A stretch of DNA of 48,796 bases from a virus. Positions 10,126 to 18,249 of the stretch are shown here, piece by piece. The notes under the pieces are model-generated. The model did no database searches, was not told the DNA's origin, and was given only the letters and a program-made list of their open reading frames with translations. The stretch's first letter is position 1. Every line of letters begins with the position of its first letter. The DNA lies in the IMG/VR virus record IMGVR_UViG_3300014887_000003. One strand, 5' to 3'. Made by a program: the position numbers and the translations under genes.

Positions 10126-10446
10126 ATGGTAAATCGGAGAAATGCTAGATCGAGAAACGTATGTACATGTTTCGGTGCTGCGAACGTCATTGTAACTGAG
10201 CTATGGAAAAACATTGAACGTGCTGTAGAATATGGTGAATTCGAGCCATCAACAAGCCTAGATTCTCTGCTAAATTTGATGGAAAACGTGTGCGGTGTTG
10301 ACGTATCCAAAGAGAGAGATGAGCTGGATAAGTACATACACCATATGCGTGAGGAAAATCTTGAAGCTGCTATAAATTCAGCCAAATCGATATCTTACAA
10401 TTTGCTCTCAGATTTAGTATCAGCATGCGAAAAAGAAAAAATATGA
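10126..10446 (+). CDS. Hypothetical protein
   Basis: ORF with GGGGGTGA RBS inside the operon. Confidence 0.65.
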   Translation: MVNRRNARSRNVCTCFGAANVIVTELWKNIERAVEYGEFEPSTSLDSLLNLMENVCGVDVSKERDELDKYIHHMREENLEAAINSAKSISYNLLSDLVSACEKEKI

Positions 10447-10450
10447 AGAG

Positions 10451-10888
10451 ATGACGTGGTCTCACGGATACTTTTGCCCCGTGTGCGAATGTCGCTGGGT
10501 ATACCACCTCTGCAAAGACGGTAAGCTACCATGCGGTTGCGGAGTAAGCGTAGATGATGCAGTATACATATACACGAAGTGGTACGCTAAGAGCGGTTTT
10601 GAAGTTCAGATACAGTACAAGGGATTCAAGATTGACGAATTCTTCCCAAAGAACGTTGATTACGAAGAGATAGAAAAACGATTGTGCGAAAAAGTTGCTG
10701 GTCACCCACAAGCTGACCTGCTGAAAAAAGCCATTCACAACGCCATTTGGGGAAAGAGCTTGTACTGGAAAGATTGGATAGTTAGATGCAGCAAGTGTAA
10801 GTACTTCACAAGCCCATACAACAAGAAAAAGTGCAGGATCCACAACTGGTGCTCGATAGACTGTTCAGATTTTTATAAGTCCATTTAG
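10451..10888 (+). CDS. Cys-rich (putative Zn-binding) protein
   Basis: CPVCEC, CGC, CSKC and C..H..C motifs. Confidence 0.7.
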   Translation: MTWSHGYFCPVCECRWVYHLCKDGKLPCGCGVSVDDAVYIYTKWYAKSGFEVQIQYKGFKIDEFFPKNVDYEEIEKRLCEKVAGHPQADLLKKAIHNAIWGKSLYWKDWIVRCSKCKYFTSPYNKKKCRIHNWCSIDCSDFYKSI

Positions 10889-10902
10889 AGTGTGAGTCTA
10901 CG

Positions 10903-11208
10903 TTAACTGCTTGATTGACTGAGTTCAAACTCAAGCTCCGTCAGCTTGACAACTACCGGGTGCTTCTCGTTCACTTTATACATTACAGCTCTACCTATCT
11001 TACGCGTCTGAACGATTATACCATCTCTTACGAGTTCTCCAAAGTACTTGTAGAATGTCTGCTTGTTCATCCCCAATGCGTTTATTACCTCCTGCTTAGA
11101 AAAGTCGTAGAACCTGTTATCCAAGAAGAAATCCAGTATCCTAAGCTTTGGATTATCACCCAGCACTCTTATCAAAATAGATTTCTCCTTTGAGTATAAC
11201 TCCTCCAT
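10903..11208 (-). CDS. Winged-helix transcriptional regulator
   Basis: LRILDFFL..FSKQEVINALGMNKQTFYKYFGELVRDGII..TRKIGRAVMYKVN, a typical archaeal wHTH. Confidence 0.85.
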   Translation of the reverse strand: MEELYSKEKSILIRVLGDNPKLRILDFFLDNRFYDFSKQEVINALGMNKQTFYKYFGELVRDGIIVQTRKIGRAVMYKVNEKHPVVVKLTELEFELSQSSS

Positions 11209-11209
11209 G

Positions 11210-11490
11210 TAATATTTTGCAACATTTAGGTACTTAAATATTACTCATAACGTAATGCTACTATACCTAAATAGTAAATATACAAGTACCTCTAAATTTT
11301 ATCTATTGCTGTTTTTATTTTTTGAGTATTTTTATATCCTTAAACTTTTTAAAATCCAACCACAACGTCAAGTCTGGTAAATTATAGTACCATTTTATAT
11401 AAACATTGCAACCCAAGCACCCTTAAACTTTTTCACGAGGTTTAAGGTTTGACAATCTTTATAACACTACTCCACAAAAAAATAATTAAG
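11210..11490. promoter_or_regulatory. AT-rich divergent promoter region with CCTTAAAC inverted and direct repeats
   Basis: CCTTAAACTTTTT at 11338 and 11421; CCTTAAAC-N11-GTTTAAGG at 11421-11447; lies between the divergent wHTH gene and 11493. Confidence 0.55.
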
Positions 11491-11492
11491 GC

Positions 11493-11999
11493 ATGAAAAC
11501 CGTAGACATAATACACAATTGGAATGCCGAGCTTGTGAGAAGATTAAGAGAGGAAGAGATCATAGAAAAAGTTGATTGGATTGAAGACAAACCTCTCAAC
11601 ATCTTCTGCCACATATACTCCGGTAAGGAATACTGGTATTTCGCTTGTGGAGAACCGGATATTTATGAAGAGTACATTGTTCCAAAGGATTTAAGTTTGC
11701 ACGAGGCTTGTGCAGTAGTTAAATTTGAAGAGTACAACGAAACGCTGCGGAGTTTACCATCCAAATGTGAAGCAGAATACCACATGTGTTTAGATGAATG
11801 TTCTGGAGATCATGATTGTATTGTTCAGTGTAGGGAAGAGTACAATGAGTGCATGAGTAAAATAGACCTAGCAACTAGGAGGTTGGATATAGAGGGTAAG
11901 AAACTCGAAAGATATGGTTTGCAAATACTCGAAAGACTTGCAGGAGAAGATGCCGGAAGCCCAGATGTAGATGAAATTATTAGAGTTGAAAAATTATGA
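11493..11999 (+). CDS. Acidic Cys-rich protein, paralogue of 7895-8401
   Basis: Shared motifs and identical length with 7895-8401. Confidence 0.8.
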   Translation: MKTVDIIHNWNAELVRRLREEEIIEKVDWIEDKPLNIFCHIYSGKEYWYFACGEPDIYEEYIVPKDLSLHEACAVVKFEEYNETLRSLPSKCEAEYHMCLDECSGDHDCIVQCREEYNECMSKIDLATRRLDIEGKKLERYGLQILERLAGEDAGSPDVDEIIRVEKL

Positions 12000-12049
12000 G
12001 ATCCCAATCCCGTGGGAACATTTTTTATAAGACTGGTCAAATTTAGTAT

Positions 12050-12616
12050 ATGACCTCAAACTTCTGCGTTGTACTGCCAGAAGAGATCGTAGAAGACATG
12101 TGGAGAACACACGTTTCTGCTAAAGACTTTGACCGAGAACTGGGCTTCGCTCTTTGCGATGTTAACGGTAAAATCCTCCGTGGTTCGATATGCGAGGGTG
12201 ATGAGTGTAGAATTCCGGGTGAGAAAATCGAGTTCTGTCTAGTAGGGAAAACAATTGGTTTCTTCCACTCGCATATTGACAGCGAACCGGTACCCTCTCT
12301 ACAAGACCTTGAGTATGGGTATTCTACAGGAATACGTTTCGAGTGTATTGCCGGACTTGGAGATTGGGATGAAGAGATTGTTTGCTATGACCTCTCAGTT
12401 GCTAAAGACGAACTTGAACGCATAGATAAGATACTTGACGAGATAGAGAACATAAGAGACAAATACGGTATTAGATCGCCAATGGATATTCTGTCTATGG
12501 GCTTTGAGAGATACCTCAAATACAAAGAAGAGGTCGAACCTCTCGAACATGAGCTAGATAGAGTCTATGAGAGAGCCTTGGAAAAATTGATCGCAGAGGG
12601 TTCGTGCGAAATATAA
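12050..12616 (+). CDS. JAB/MPN+ (JAMM) metalloprotease-domain protein
   Basis: RELGFAL (catalytic E) ... GFFHSHIDSEPVPSLQDL = HxH-x7-S-x2-D motif. Confidence 0.8.
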   Translation: MTSNFCVVLPEEIVEDMWRTHVSAKDFDRELGFALCDVNGKILRGSICEGDECRIPGEKIEFCLVGKTIGFFHSHIDSEPVPSLQDLEYGYSTGIRFECIAGLGDWDEEIVCYDLSVAKDELERIDKILDEIENIRDKYGIRSPMDILSMGFERYLKYKEEVEPLEHELDRVYERALEKLIAEGSCEI

Positions 12617-12669
12617 AATGCAGAGACCTCTCTAGTAAGCGTTATATATGAAATAACAAAATCAAAAAC

Positions 12670-13341
12670 ATGAAATGCGATTATATTCTGTACAAGTCTC
12701 TTGAAGAGGAGTGCAACCCCGACGATTACTTTAACTGGATACGAGAAGAACTTATACCATCTATAAGGGAGTACAGCGAGGATTTGGCTGAAGAAACCGA
12801 AGAATGGGTTGACTGCACGTCGGGATTTCTTAGAAGGTACATGAAATTTGCGAGCGGTTGCATGACCGACGCTGAGCTATACAGGCTCTATAGCGATGTT
12901 CTGAAAATGATCAATGAGGGGATACAGGCACGAGAATACCAAAAAAGCTTAGCCGATGACCAGCTAAATGAGGCTAGAGAACTATACGCTCAAGAAATTA
13001 TAAATGAAGACGAGCTCATAGATATAAAACATTCCGTCAAGGAGGTTAAAAGAGCTCTTGATGAAGATATTGAGCAACTAGAAGAGTTAAAGGACTTTTG
13101 TATCAAGGCAGAAGATAAGTTCGATGTTGTTATGTGTATAGAGAGAGTTGCAACCACAGCACACAACAGAGGAGTTATGCTTCCAGTTATGTGTGGAGCT
13201 TATCTACCGGAAGATATTATTGACGCCGTAACGGGATGGGAGAGAGAACGCGAATATACAAGACCCGAAGATGTCGGGTTGTGGTTATCAAGGGATGCTG
13301 TAAAAGTATTTGAGTGCATAAAAGAATTCAAGGGGATGTAA
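12670..13341 (+). CDS. Acidic helical hypothetical protein
   Basis: 223-aa ORF; convergent with 13342-14130. Confidence 0.75.
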   Translation: MKCDYILYKSLEEECNPDDYFNWIREELIPSIREYSEDLAEETEEWVDCTSGFLRRYMKFASGCMTDAELYRLYSDVLKMINEGIQAREYQKSLADDQLNEARELYAQEIINEDELIDIKHSVKEVKRALDEDIEQLEELKDFCIKAEDKFDVVMCIERVATTAHNRGVMLPVMCGAYLPEDIIDAVTGWEREREYTRPEDVGLWLSRDAVKVFECIKEFKGM

Positions 13342-14130
13342 CTAAAGACCCTTTAACTGTTCTTCAGCCCACTCGATCAGATCTATCTCACCGCTCTTAA
13401 CTTTCCTGTCAAGCTCCTTCAGATGCTCTATTACCTGCTCTTTTGTAAGCATTTTGCCCTTCATTTCCTCTTCCGTTATGATCCTGAACGCAATAAACCC
13501 ATCTATCTCGATTGGTTGTCCTCCTTCTGGATTGTACGCTTTTTTAGTTGGATACTCAAACACAACCCGATCCTCGTTGAAGTTCACGTAGACGTTCATC
13601 TCGTTAGTATGATCGAGAGACATAATCTTGTCACTAAGTCTATCGGCAATGCCAACGAACATGGGATTACTCTCCCAGTCAAACACCGATGTCTGCGTCT
13701 CAATTGGTATTGTGAGATCTAAATCTTTGAAGTCTTTCTCATTAACCACTCTAAAACAGACGTTATTAACTTCATTTCTGCTATCTCCAAACTCACTAAC
13801 CTCAGACCTAACGACTGTTACCTTACAGTCGTATCCGTACGGCGTTTTGCGGCATCTAAGCTCGTATCTACTGAATAAATCTGCGAATGGGTCGTCTATA
13901 CCACCATAAATATCGTGATCGCTCCACAGCGCAATCAGCTCGTCACCAAAAACCTGAGAGCAGCTAATCCTGCTGATGAAAGCTCTCTTGTCTGGATTGT
14001 TCACAGTCTCGGCAATTCTTTCAATCTCTGCGAGGGCTCGTTCAGTAAAAGCTCTTCTAAGCGCCTCGTCCCCAATCGACTGGTAGTCCAACTCGATCTT
14101 ATGCTTGTAATAATCTTCATCAAAGCGCAT
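13342..14130 (-). CDS. Acidic hypothetical protein
   Basis: 262-aa ORF with GAGG RBS; overlapping + strand ORFs are shorter and look like shadows. Confidence 0.75.
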   Translation of the reverse strand: MRFDEDYYKHKIELDYQSIGDEALRRAFTERALAEIERIAETVNNPDKRAFISRISCSQVFGDELIALWSDHDIYGGIDDPFADLFSRYELRCRKTPYGYDCKVTVVRSEVSEFGDSRNEVNNVCFRVVNEKDFKDLDLTIPIETQTSVFDWESNPMFVGIADRLSDKIMSLDHTNEMNVYVNFNEDRVVFEYPTKKAYNPEGGQPIEIDGFIAFRIITEEEMKGKMLTKEQVIEHLKELDRKVKSGEIDLIEWAEEQLKGL

Positions 14131-14139
14131 CTTAATGCC

Positions 14140-14343
14140 TCACTTTTTTCTCCTGTACTTCCTCTCTCTAAACACCTCGTATTTGTCTGATAACAGCCTT
14201 AGCACCTCTACTATACTCTCTCCAACAGATTTGGGGACGTCCTTAACTTCCACGTGATCTATGAACACCTTGTACCTGTGAGTTGATGTATTGTGCCTAA
14301 CTCCCACAATCCTCCCCGAAATCGTGAACTTATACCACACCAT
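14140..14343 (-). CDS. Small basic hypothetical protein
   Basis: 67 aa, AGGTG RBS, basic C-terminus. Confidence 0.65.
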   Translation of the reverse strand: MVWYKFTISGRIVGVRHNTSTHRYKVFIDHVEVKDVPKSVGESIVEVLRLLSDKYEVFRERKYRRKK

Positions 14344-14351
14344 AACAACAC

Positions 14352-14510
14352 CTAAGAACGTCTTGGAACCAAAAAACCTATGCCAAAAGCAAAAGCTGCT
14401 AAAAGTATTGTCTTAGTGTCTAAGTTAAAAGATACAGAAGTGATGGCTAGCATAAGCAGAAGCACACCGGATACAAATGTAATCGTCAGTCCCAGCAGTC
14501 TCGACCACAT
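14352..14510 (-). CDS. Small two-TM membrane protein
   Basis: Likely start MWSRLLGL; two hydrophobic helices and an RRS tail. Confidence 0.6.
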   Translation of the reverse strand: MWSRLLGLTITFVSGVLLLMLAITSVSFNLDTKTILLAAFAFGIGFLVPRRS

Positions 14511-14768
14511 AATTAGAATTCCAGAAGATAATATATATTTCTTCTGATCTTCCAGTCGAATATATATTCGACAAAGTGGTGGATCAAAATATGGCAATGG
14601 AGTTTTCACCGTGGGGTTCGACCCCACCTACGTGCAACATAGACGCGTGAGAATGTTGTCTGTGAAGGGGCAATGATTAAAACTATAGCCCTCCCTCGGA
14701 AAATGCATCAGAGGAGCTCTATTTTTAACATTATGAATAATGCTAAATAATGAGCTAGACTAAATAAT

Positions 14769-14784
14769 CAAAACTCTTAAATAA
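14769..14784 (+). promoter_or_regulatory. Putative archaeal BRE-TATA promoter for the structured RNA
   Basis: CAAAACTC-TTAAATAA about 25 nt upstream of the abrupt GC-rich onset at ~14808. Confidence 0.55.
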
Positions 14785-14807
14785 CGTAACTTACTAAATA
14801 ATATTGA

Positions 14808-15322
14808 GGTGCGGGCGTGCGGGCAGGTGTGGAAACACACCTGCCTAAGTGGGTAGCCGTCGGGGCAGCAGAAAATCCGCCCCGCAACCCCGGCGGCAAT
14901 GATCCGTCACAGGTGGCGGGGACGGGAGAGCCCCGTCCACCGCTGGGGTCTGAGGGAAGCGGGGTGCAGCCGCTTCCCGATGAAGAGTTGGGTCAAGATT
15001 CATGTGAAACACTATTCTGTTATACGCCATACGGCGGGCTTGTTCTTGTACACGGTTCTTTTTGTGCTTTTAAACGCCGAGCCCGCACCGGCAGCGATGT
15101 CTAAACGGTCTTGTACAGCGAAACAAGCATACGCCCGCCTTGAATGCAGCAACAGTCTAGAACAGGGTTCATGTGAACAGTAAACACCCGGTGGTGGAGG
15201 GGCTTCAGGGAGGCTGTGCAACCGTTTTAGAAATCCAGTTGCACGACAAGCCCACCAGCCGGGTGTGCTCTCCCCGTGCCTGTCTGGTGGGTTCGGTGGA
15301 GCATAAACGGGGGACAAGAGCG
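14808..15322 (+). ncRNA. Large structured non-coding RNA of unknown class (~510 nt)
   Basis: GC-rich island with many helices: GGCAGGTGTG-GAAA-CACACCTGCC (14822-14845), GCCGTCGGGG/CCCCGGCGGC (14856-14897), GGGAAGCGG/CCGCTTCCC (14954-14978), GGCGGGC/GCCCGCC (15033/15133), ACACCCGG/CCGGGTGT (15184/15259). TATA upstream, T-tract downstream. Confidence 0.75.
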
Positions 15323-15342
15323 TTTTTAATTTTAAATTTTAT

Positions 15343-15391
15343 GGGGGTGCGGGTTCAAGCCCACATCCCGGTGCAAGTCCGGGACACCCCC
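15343..15391 (+). ncRNA. Miniature tRNA-like element (acceptor stem + small hairpin + T-arm, no anticodon arm)
   Basis: GGGGGTG/CACCCCC 7-bp stem, GGG-TTCAAG-CCC hairpin, TCCCGG-TGCAAGT-CCGGGA T-like arm; ATG follows at 15395. Confidence 0.65.
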
Positions 15392-15394
15392 GTT

Positions 15395-15973
15395 ATGTCG
15401 GTTAAAGAGATTGAGAAGATGATTAAGACATTGAAGTTAGGAACCAAAGTACCTAAAGACGTAATTAACAAAGCCATCAGTGTTCTCAATATCACTGTAG
15501 ATTACAGCGAACTAGGAGAAGTACATGACAACTATGTTATCGAAACATCATGGAAAATTCAAGAATTACTAGAAGCAGTAGTAAAATTAGACAAGACTAG
15601 GGAGGAACTATACAATGCATTCGAGGGTGTCAGAAATGTCGTTGGCAAAGCATGGACTGACAGACAGTGGAGAGGATCACTAACAAAAAAGGAGTCAAGA
15701 ATTGCAACAAAGATCATGGATTTAGAAGTATTGCTGAGAACAAAAAATGTATACTTACTAAGAGCTCTGCGAAGAGAGCATAAAAAACTACTAGAAAAAC
15801 ATGGAATCAAAAATGTCATTGTAAAGAGATTCAAGTATGGTACATGGCTGTTTGCAATTATTCCAATGAACGGCATCGTTGATGCCAGAGACTTGCCCAG
15901 AGAGTTCACTGGGTACTTAATAAACAGAAAGCAAAAATTTGGAATTAAATTTGTTAAAGGAGGGTTGAATTGA
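15395..15973 (+). CDS. Basic hypothetical protein
   Basis: Likely start at ATG 15395 (MSVKEIEK); the longer track ORF from 15173 runs through the structured RNA. Confidence 0.75.
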   Translation: MSVKEIEKMIKTLKLGTKVPKDVINKAISVLNITVDYSELGEVHDNYVIETSWKIQELLEAVVKLDKTREELYNAFEGVRNVVGKAWTDRQWRGSLTKKESRIATKIMDLEVLLRTKNVYLLRALRREHKKLLEKHGIKNVIVKRFKYGTWLFAIIPMNGIVDARDLPREFTGYLINRKQKFGIKFVKGGLN

Positions 15974-15974
15974 G

Positions 15975-16967
15975 ATGACTGAGATGATTCTAGTTTTTTT
16001 TAGAGGTAAACGAGGCAATATAGTATCACGGTTGCCGAATGGCAAAATAGCCCTAGTGAACAAGAAATCAACAATTGTCCCAAAACCCGGTGAGAAATGG
16101 GTCTGCAAAGTTGACTTTGAAAGGCCAAAATTCGCAGTAATAACACCGATTACAAGGATCGTCAAGAAAGAAGTCAAAGACATACTAAGGTATGCGTGCG
16201 GTTGCGAGGAAGTCATTGCAAGGCGCTACGAAGAAATGCCAGAGAACCAACCCCCGCAACACAGAATTATTCATGCGGGGGTTTGCGAGAGATGTTACCA
16301 AAAATACAAAGATGACATAGAGAGCATTAGCAACATCGACCTATTCAATGAACTGATCACAAAAAAAGTCAGTGAACTAGAGAGTAAAATTGTAGAACTT
16401 AAAAACAAAAAACTAGAGATCCAGCGAACGGTTTGGATAGAAATTCAAAGGTTACCACCAATACCCGGTTCCGGCGATAGAAAGGGACGATTTCCAGAGT
16501 ACATCGACTGCCCATACTGCGGCCAGAAAATTCCAGTAAGACAGCTAAAGAACGGCGAGTTCTATGAGTGCAAGTGCGGTGCAAGATTCATTATGAGTAA
16601 AACAGTAGACGTCGAACAAGGGTTCTGGGAGAAAACATGGGTGCAAGAGTACTGGAGTTTAAAAGACTTACAGAGAGAACAGGAGATACAACCGGAACTA
16701 GAGAAAATAGACAAAGAGATCAAGGAGCTAGAAGACCAAATTAAGAGAATCAGCGAAATCAGGGAGAAAAGACTCATCAGCGAACTTAGAAAACTGGGAA
16801 TCATCGAAGTCAGATACGACGTTGACAGAGGAACAGGAAAAGTTACAGTAACCTTCAGAGATGGAAAAACGATCACAGGGACATTCGACGATGGCTTCAT
16901 ATTCGATGTCCCAGAACACATTGTAAATATTCTAAGCAAATTACCCGTCAGAAATTTTATTTTCTAA
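15975..16967 (+). CDS. TRAM-like OB-fold + Zn-ribbon + coiled-coil protein
   Basis: N-terminal GKRGNIVSRLPNGKIALV..PGEKWVCKV..KFAVITPI resembles a TRAM domain; CGC, CERC, CPYC and CKC motifs. Confidence 0.6.
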   Translation: MTEMILVFFRGKRGNIVSRLPNGKIALVNKKSTIVPKPGEKWVCKVDFERPKFAVITPITRIVKKEVKDILRYACGCEEVIARRYEEMPENQPPQHRIIHAGVCERCYQKYKDDIESISNIDLFNELITKKVSELESKIVELKNKKLEIQRTVWIEIQRLPPIPGSGDRKGRFPEYIDCPYCGQKIPVRQLKNGEFYECKCGARFIMSKTVDVEQGFWEKTWVQEYWSLKDLQREQEIQPELEKIDKEIKELEDQIKRISEIREKRLISELRKLGIIEVRYDVDRGTGKVTVTFRDGKTITGTFDDGFIFDVPEHIVNILSKLPVRNFIF

Positions 16968-16968
16968 T

Positions 16969-17016
16969 GCCGGGGGGCTGGTGCCCTTTTCGCGGGTTCG
17001 ATTCCCGCGCCCCGGC
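16969..17016 (+). ncRNA. Miniature tRNA-like element filling the intergenic gap
   Basis: (AT)GCCGGGG/CCCCGGC(AT) stem, GGC-TGGT-GCC hairpin, CGCGGG-TTCGATT-CCCGCG canonical T-loop; lies between TAA 16967 and ATG 17019. Confidence 0.75.
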
Positions 17017-17018
17017 AT

Positions 17019-17306
17019 ATGATGGAGGTTAAGGTTGTTTGCCCGGTTTTGGATGTGTTTGGAAATATAAAGCCGGATAAAAAAGCTAAAAAAGTTAAAT
17101 TGCCAATTCACTTCAAAGTACAGCACAAAAATTCCGGTAGACGATACGATGTCTACTACTTCGAAAACTTGGATCTGCTCGTTAAAATCTCCAATTGTAC
17201 CAATACCAATGATTCCGATATCCACCCACCGTTCGATAGCTTTAAGCCTATAAGCAAGCACGTTTTTAATGCAATTCTCAATTCAGATGTTTTCGAGGTG
17301 GTGTAA
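17019..17306 (+). CDS. Hypothetical protein
   Basis: 95-aa ORF directly after the tRNA-like element. Confidence 0.7.
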   Translation: MMEVKVVCPVLDVFGNIKPDKKAKKVKLPIHFKVQHKNSGRRYDVYYFENLDLLVKISNCTNTNDSDIHPPFDSFKPISKHVFNAILNSDVFEVV

Positions 17307-18248
17307 ATGGGCAAGGAACTAATAATAGGTCATACAGACGGACATGGAGTTTCCGCCACCGCTATAACAGCAAGATTCCTAAAGCACGTTCACAAACCGT
17401 TCGAGGTTCTCTGCAAGTTCCCAGACACGGGCGTTATTCCCAAGTTTTGGTCAGAAACAATCGATAAGATCATAGAAAAAGCAGAGAAATATGAGAGAAT
17501 AATAATTTTGGATATCCCACTAGATGCAAAAAACATTCAGCTTAGTATTAAAAAGTTGATAGAATTGGCAGAGAGAACCGAGGTTATCTACGTGGATCAC
17601 CATCAGAGCAGTGCCGTTGACTTTGATAAACCTGAAAATCTGATATTCTCAGTCGTAGATTCAGCATACAAATGCTACTGGTACTACATTAACGACGGTG
17701 TAATACCAGAGATCTTGAAAATAGGAGCGATATGCGACAGAGATCCGAAAGTCTTTGATCTAGGAGTTACGAACAGAGAGCTAGAAATAGCTGATGGACT
17801 CGATGTCCTTGTCAGAAAAGACATCAATGAGGCATTGGATTTGTTAATAAACGCAGAAAACATGGGCGAAATAGAGGTAGAACTACTCAAGTATGCTAAT
17901 GAGATTCCAAACCCGACTATTGCGGCGGTTTGTGGTGGAGTCGTGGTTGTCAAAGATGTCCCACAGAGCTGGAAGTTCAAAGTTCTCGATAAAGCATGCA
18001 GGCAAACACGCAAGGATTATGCTGTGACGTTAACGGAGAACCAGCCAGACAGAGCAACTGGCGAGCCAAAGGACTTCGTAACAGCCATAAAGTTCTGGAT
18101 GTCCGATAAGCCGAGTGTTAAGGCATTGTTACCAGACGACTTACAAAAGATTGCAATTGGTCACCCTGATGCGATAACTATCAGTGTTCCAGTAGGACAG
18201 GGAAGAACTGTGCTCAAGAGAGTGCTTGAAGCCTTAAGGGGGGAGTAA
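17307..18248 (+). CDS. DHH-family phosphoesterase
   Basis: IIGHTDGHG, IILDIP, YVDHHQ and GAICD motifs plus DHHA1-like GHPDA. Confidence 0.85.
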   Translation: MGKELIIGHTDGHGVSATAITARFLKHVHKPFEVLCKFPDTGVIPKFWSETIDKIIEKAEKYERIIILDIPLDAKNIQLSIKKLIELAERTEVIYVDHHQSSAVDFDKPENLIFSVVDSAYKCYWYYINDGVIPEILKIGAICDRDPKVFDLGVTNRELEIADGLDVLVRKDINEALDLLINAENMGEIEVELLKYANEIPNPTIAAVCGGVVVVKDVPQSWKFKVLDKACRQTRKDYAVTLTENQPDRATGEPKDFVTAIKFWMSDKPSVKALLPDDLQKIAIGHPDAITISVPVGQGRTVLKRVLEALRGE

Positions 18249-18249
18249 T

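Noticed and set aside
14611-14627. GTGGGG-TTCGA-CCCCAC hairpin as a fourth tRNA mimic
   Set aside because: No acceptor-like enclosing stem found and strand unclear; may be an ordinary hairpin.
14929-14940. 12-mer AGCCCCGTCCAC shared with 39140-39151
   Set aside because: Many 12-mer coincidences are expected in 49 kb; no extension beyond 12 nt.
14808-15045. Canonical RNase P RNA
   Set aside because: CR-I- and CR-V-like fragments exist, but P4 would contain an A-C mismatch and lack the bulged U, and no P1 closure is evident; kept only as a hypothesis.
14809-15392. Group II intron (starts with GTGCG)
   Set aside because: No recognisable domain V (AGC/CGC triad helix) or domain VI branch, and no RT/maturase gene.
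14817-15394. ORFs 14817-15104, 14845-15030, 14899-15183, 15012-15317 and the 5' extension of 15173
   Set aside because: Mutually overlapping, no RBS, atypical composition; explained by a GC-rich structured RNA lacking stop codons.
15343-17016. Canonical tRNA genes
   Set aside because: Elements are ~48 nt with no anticodon arm or full D-arm; reported as tRNA-like instead.
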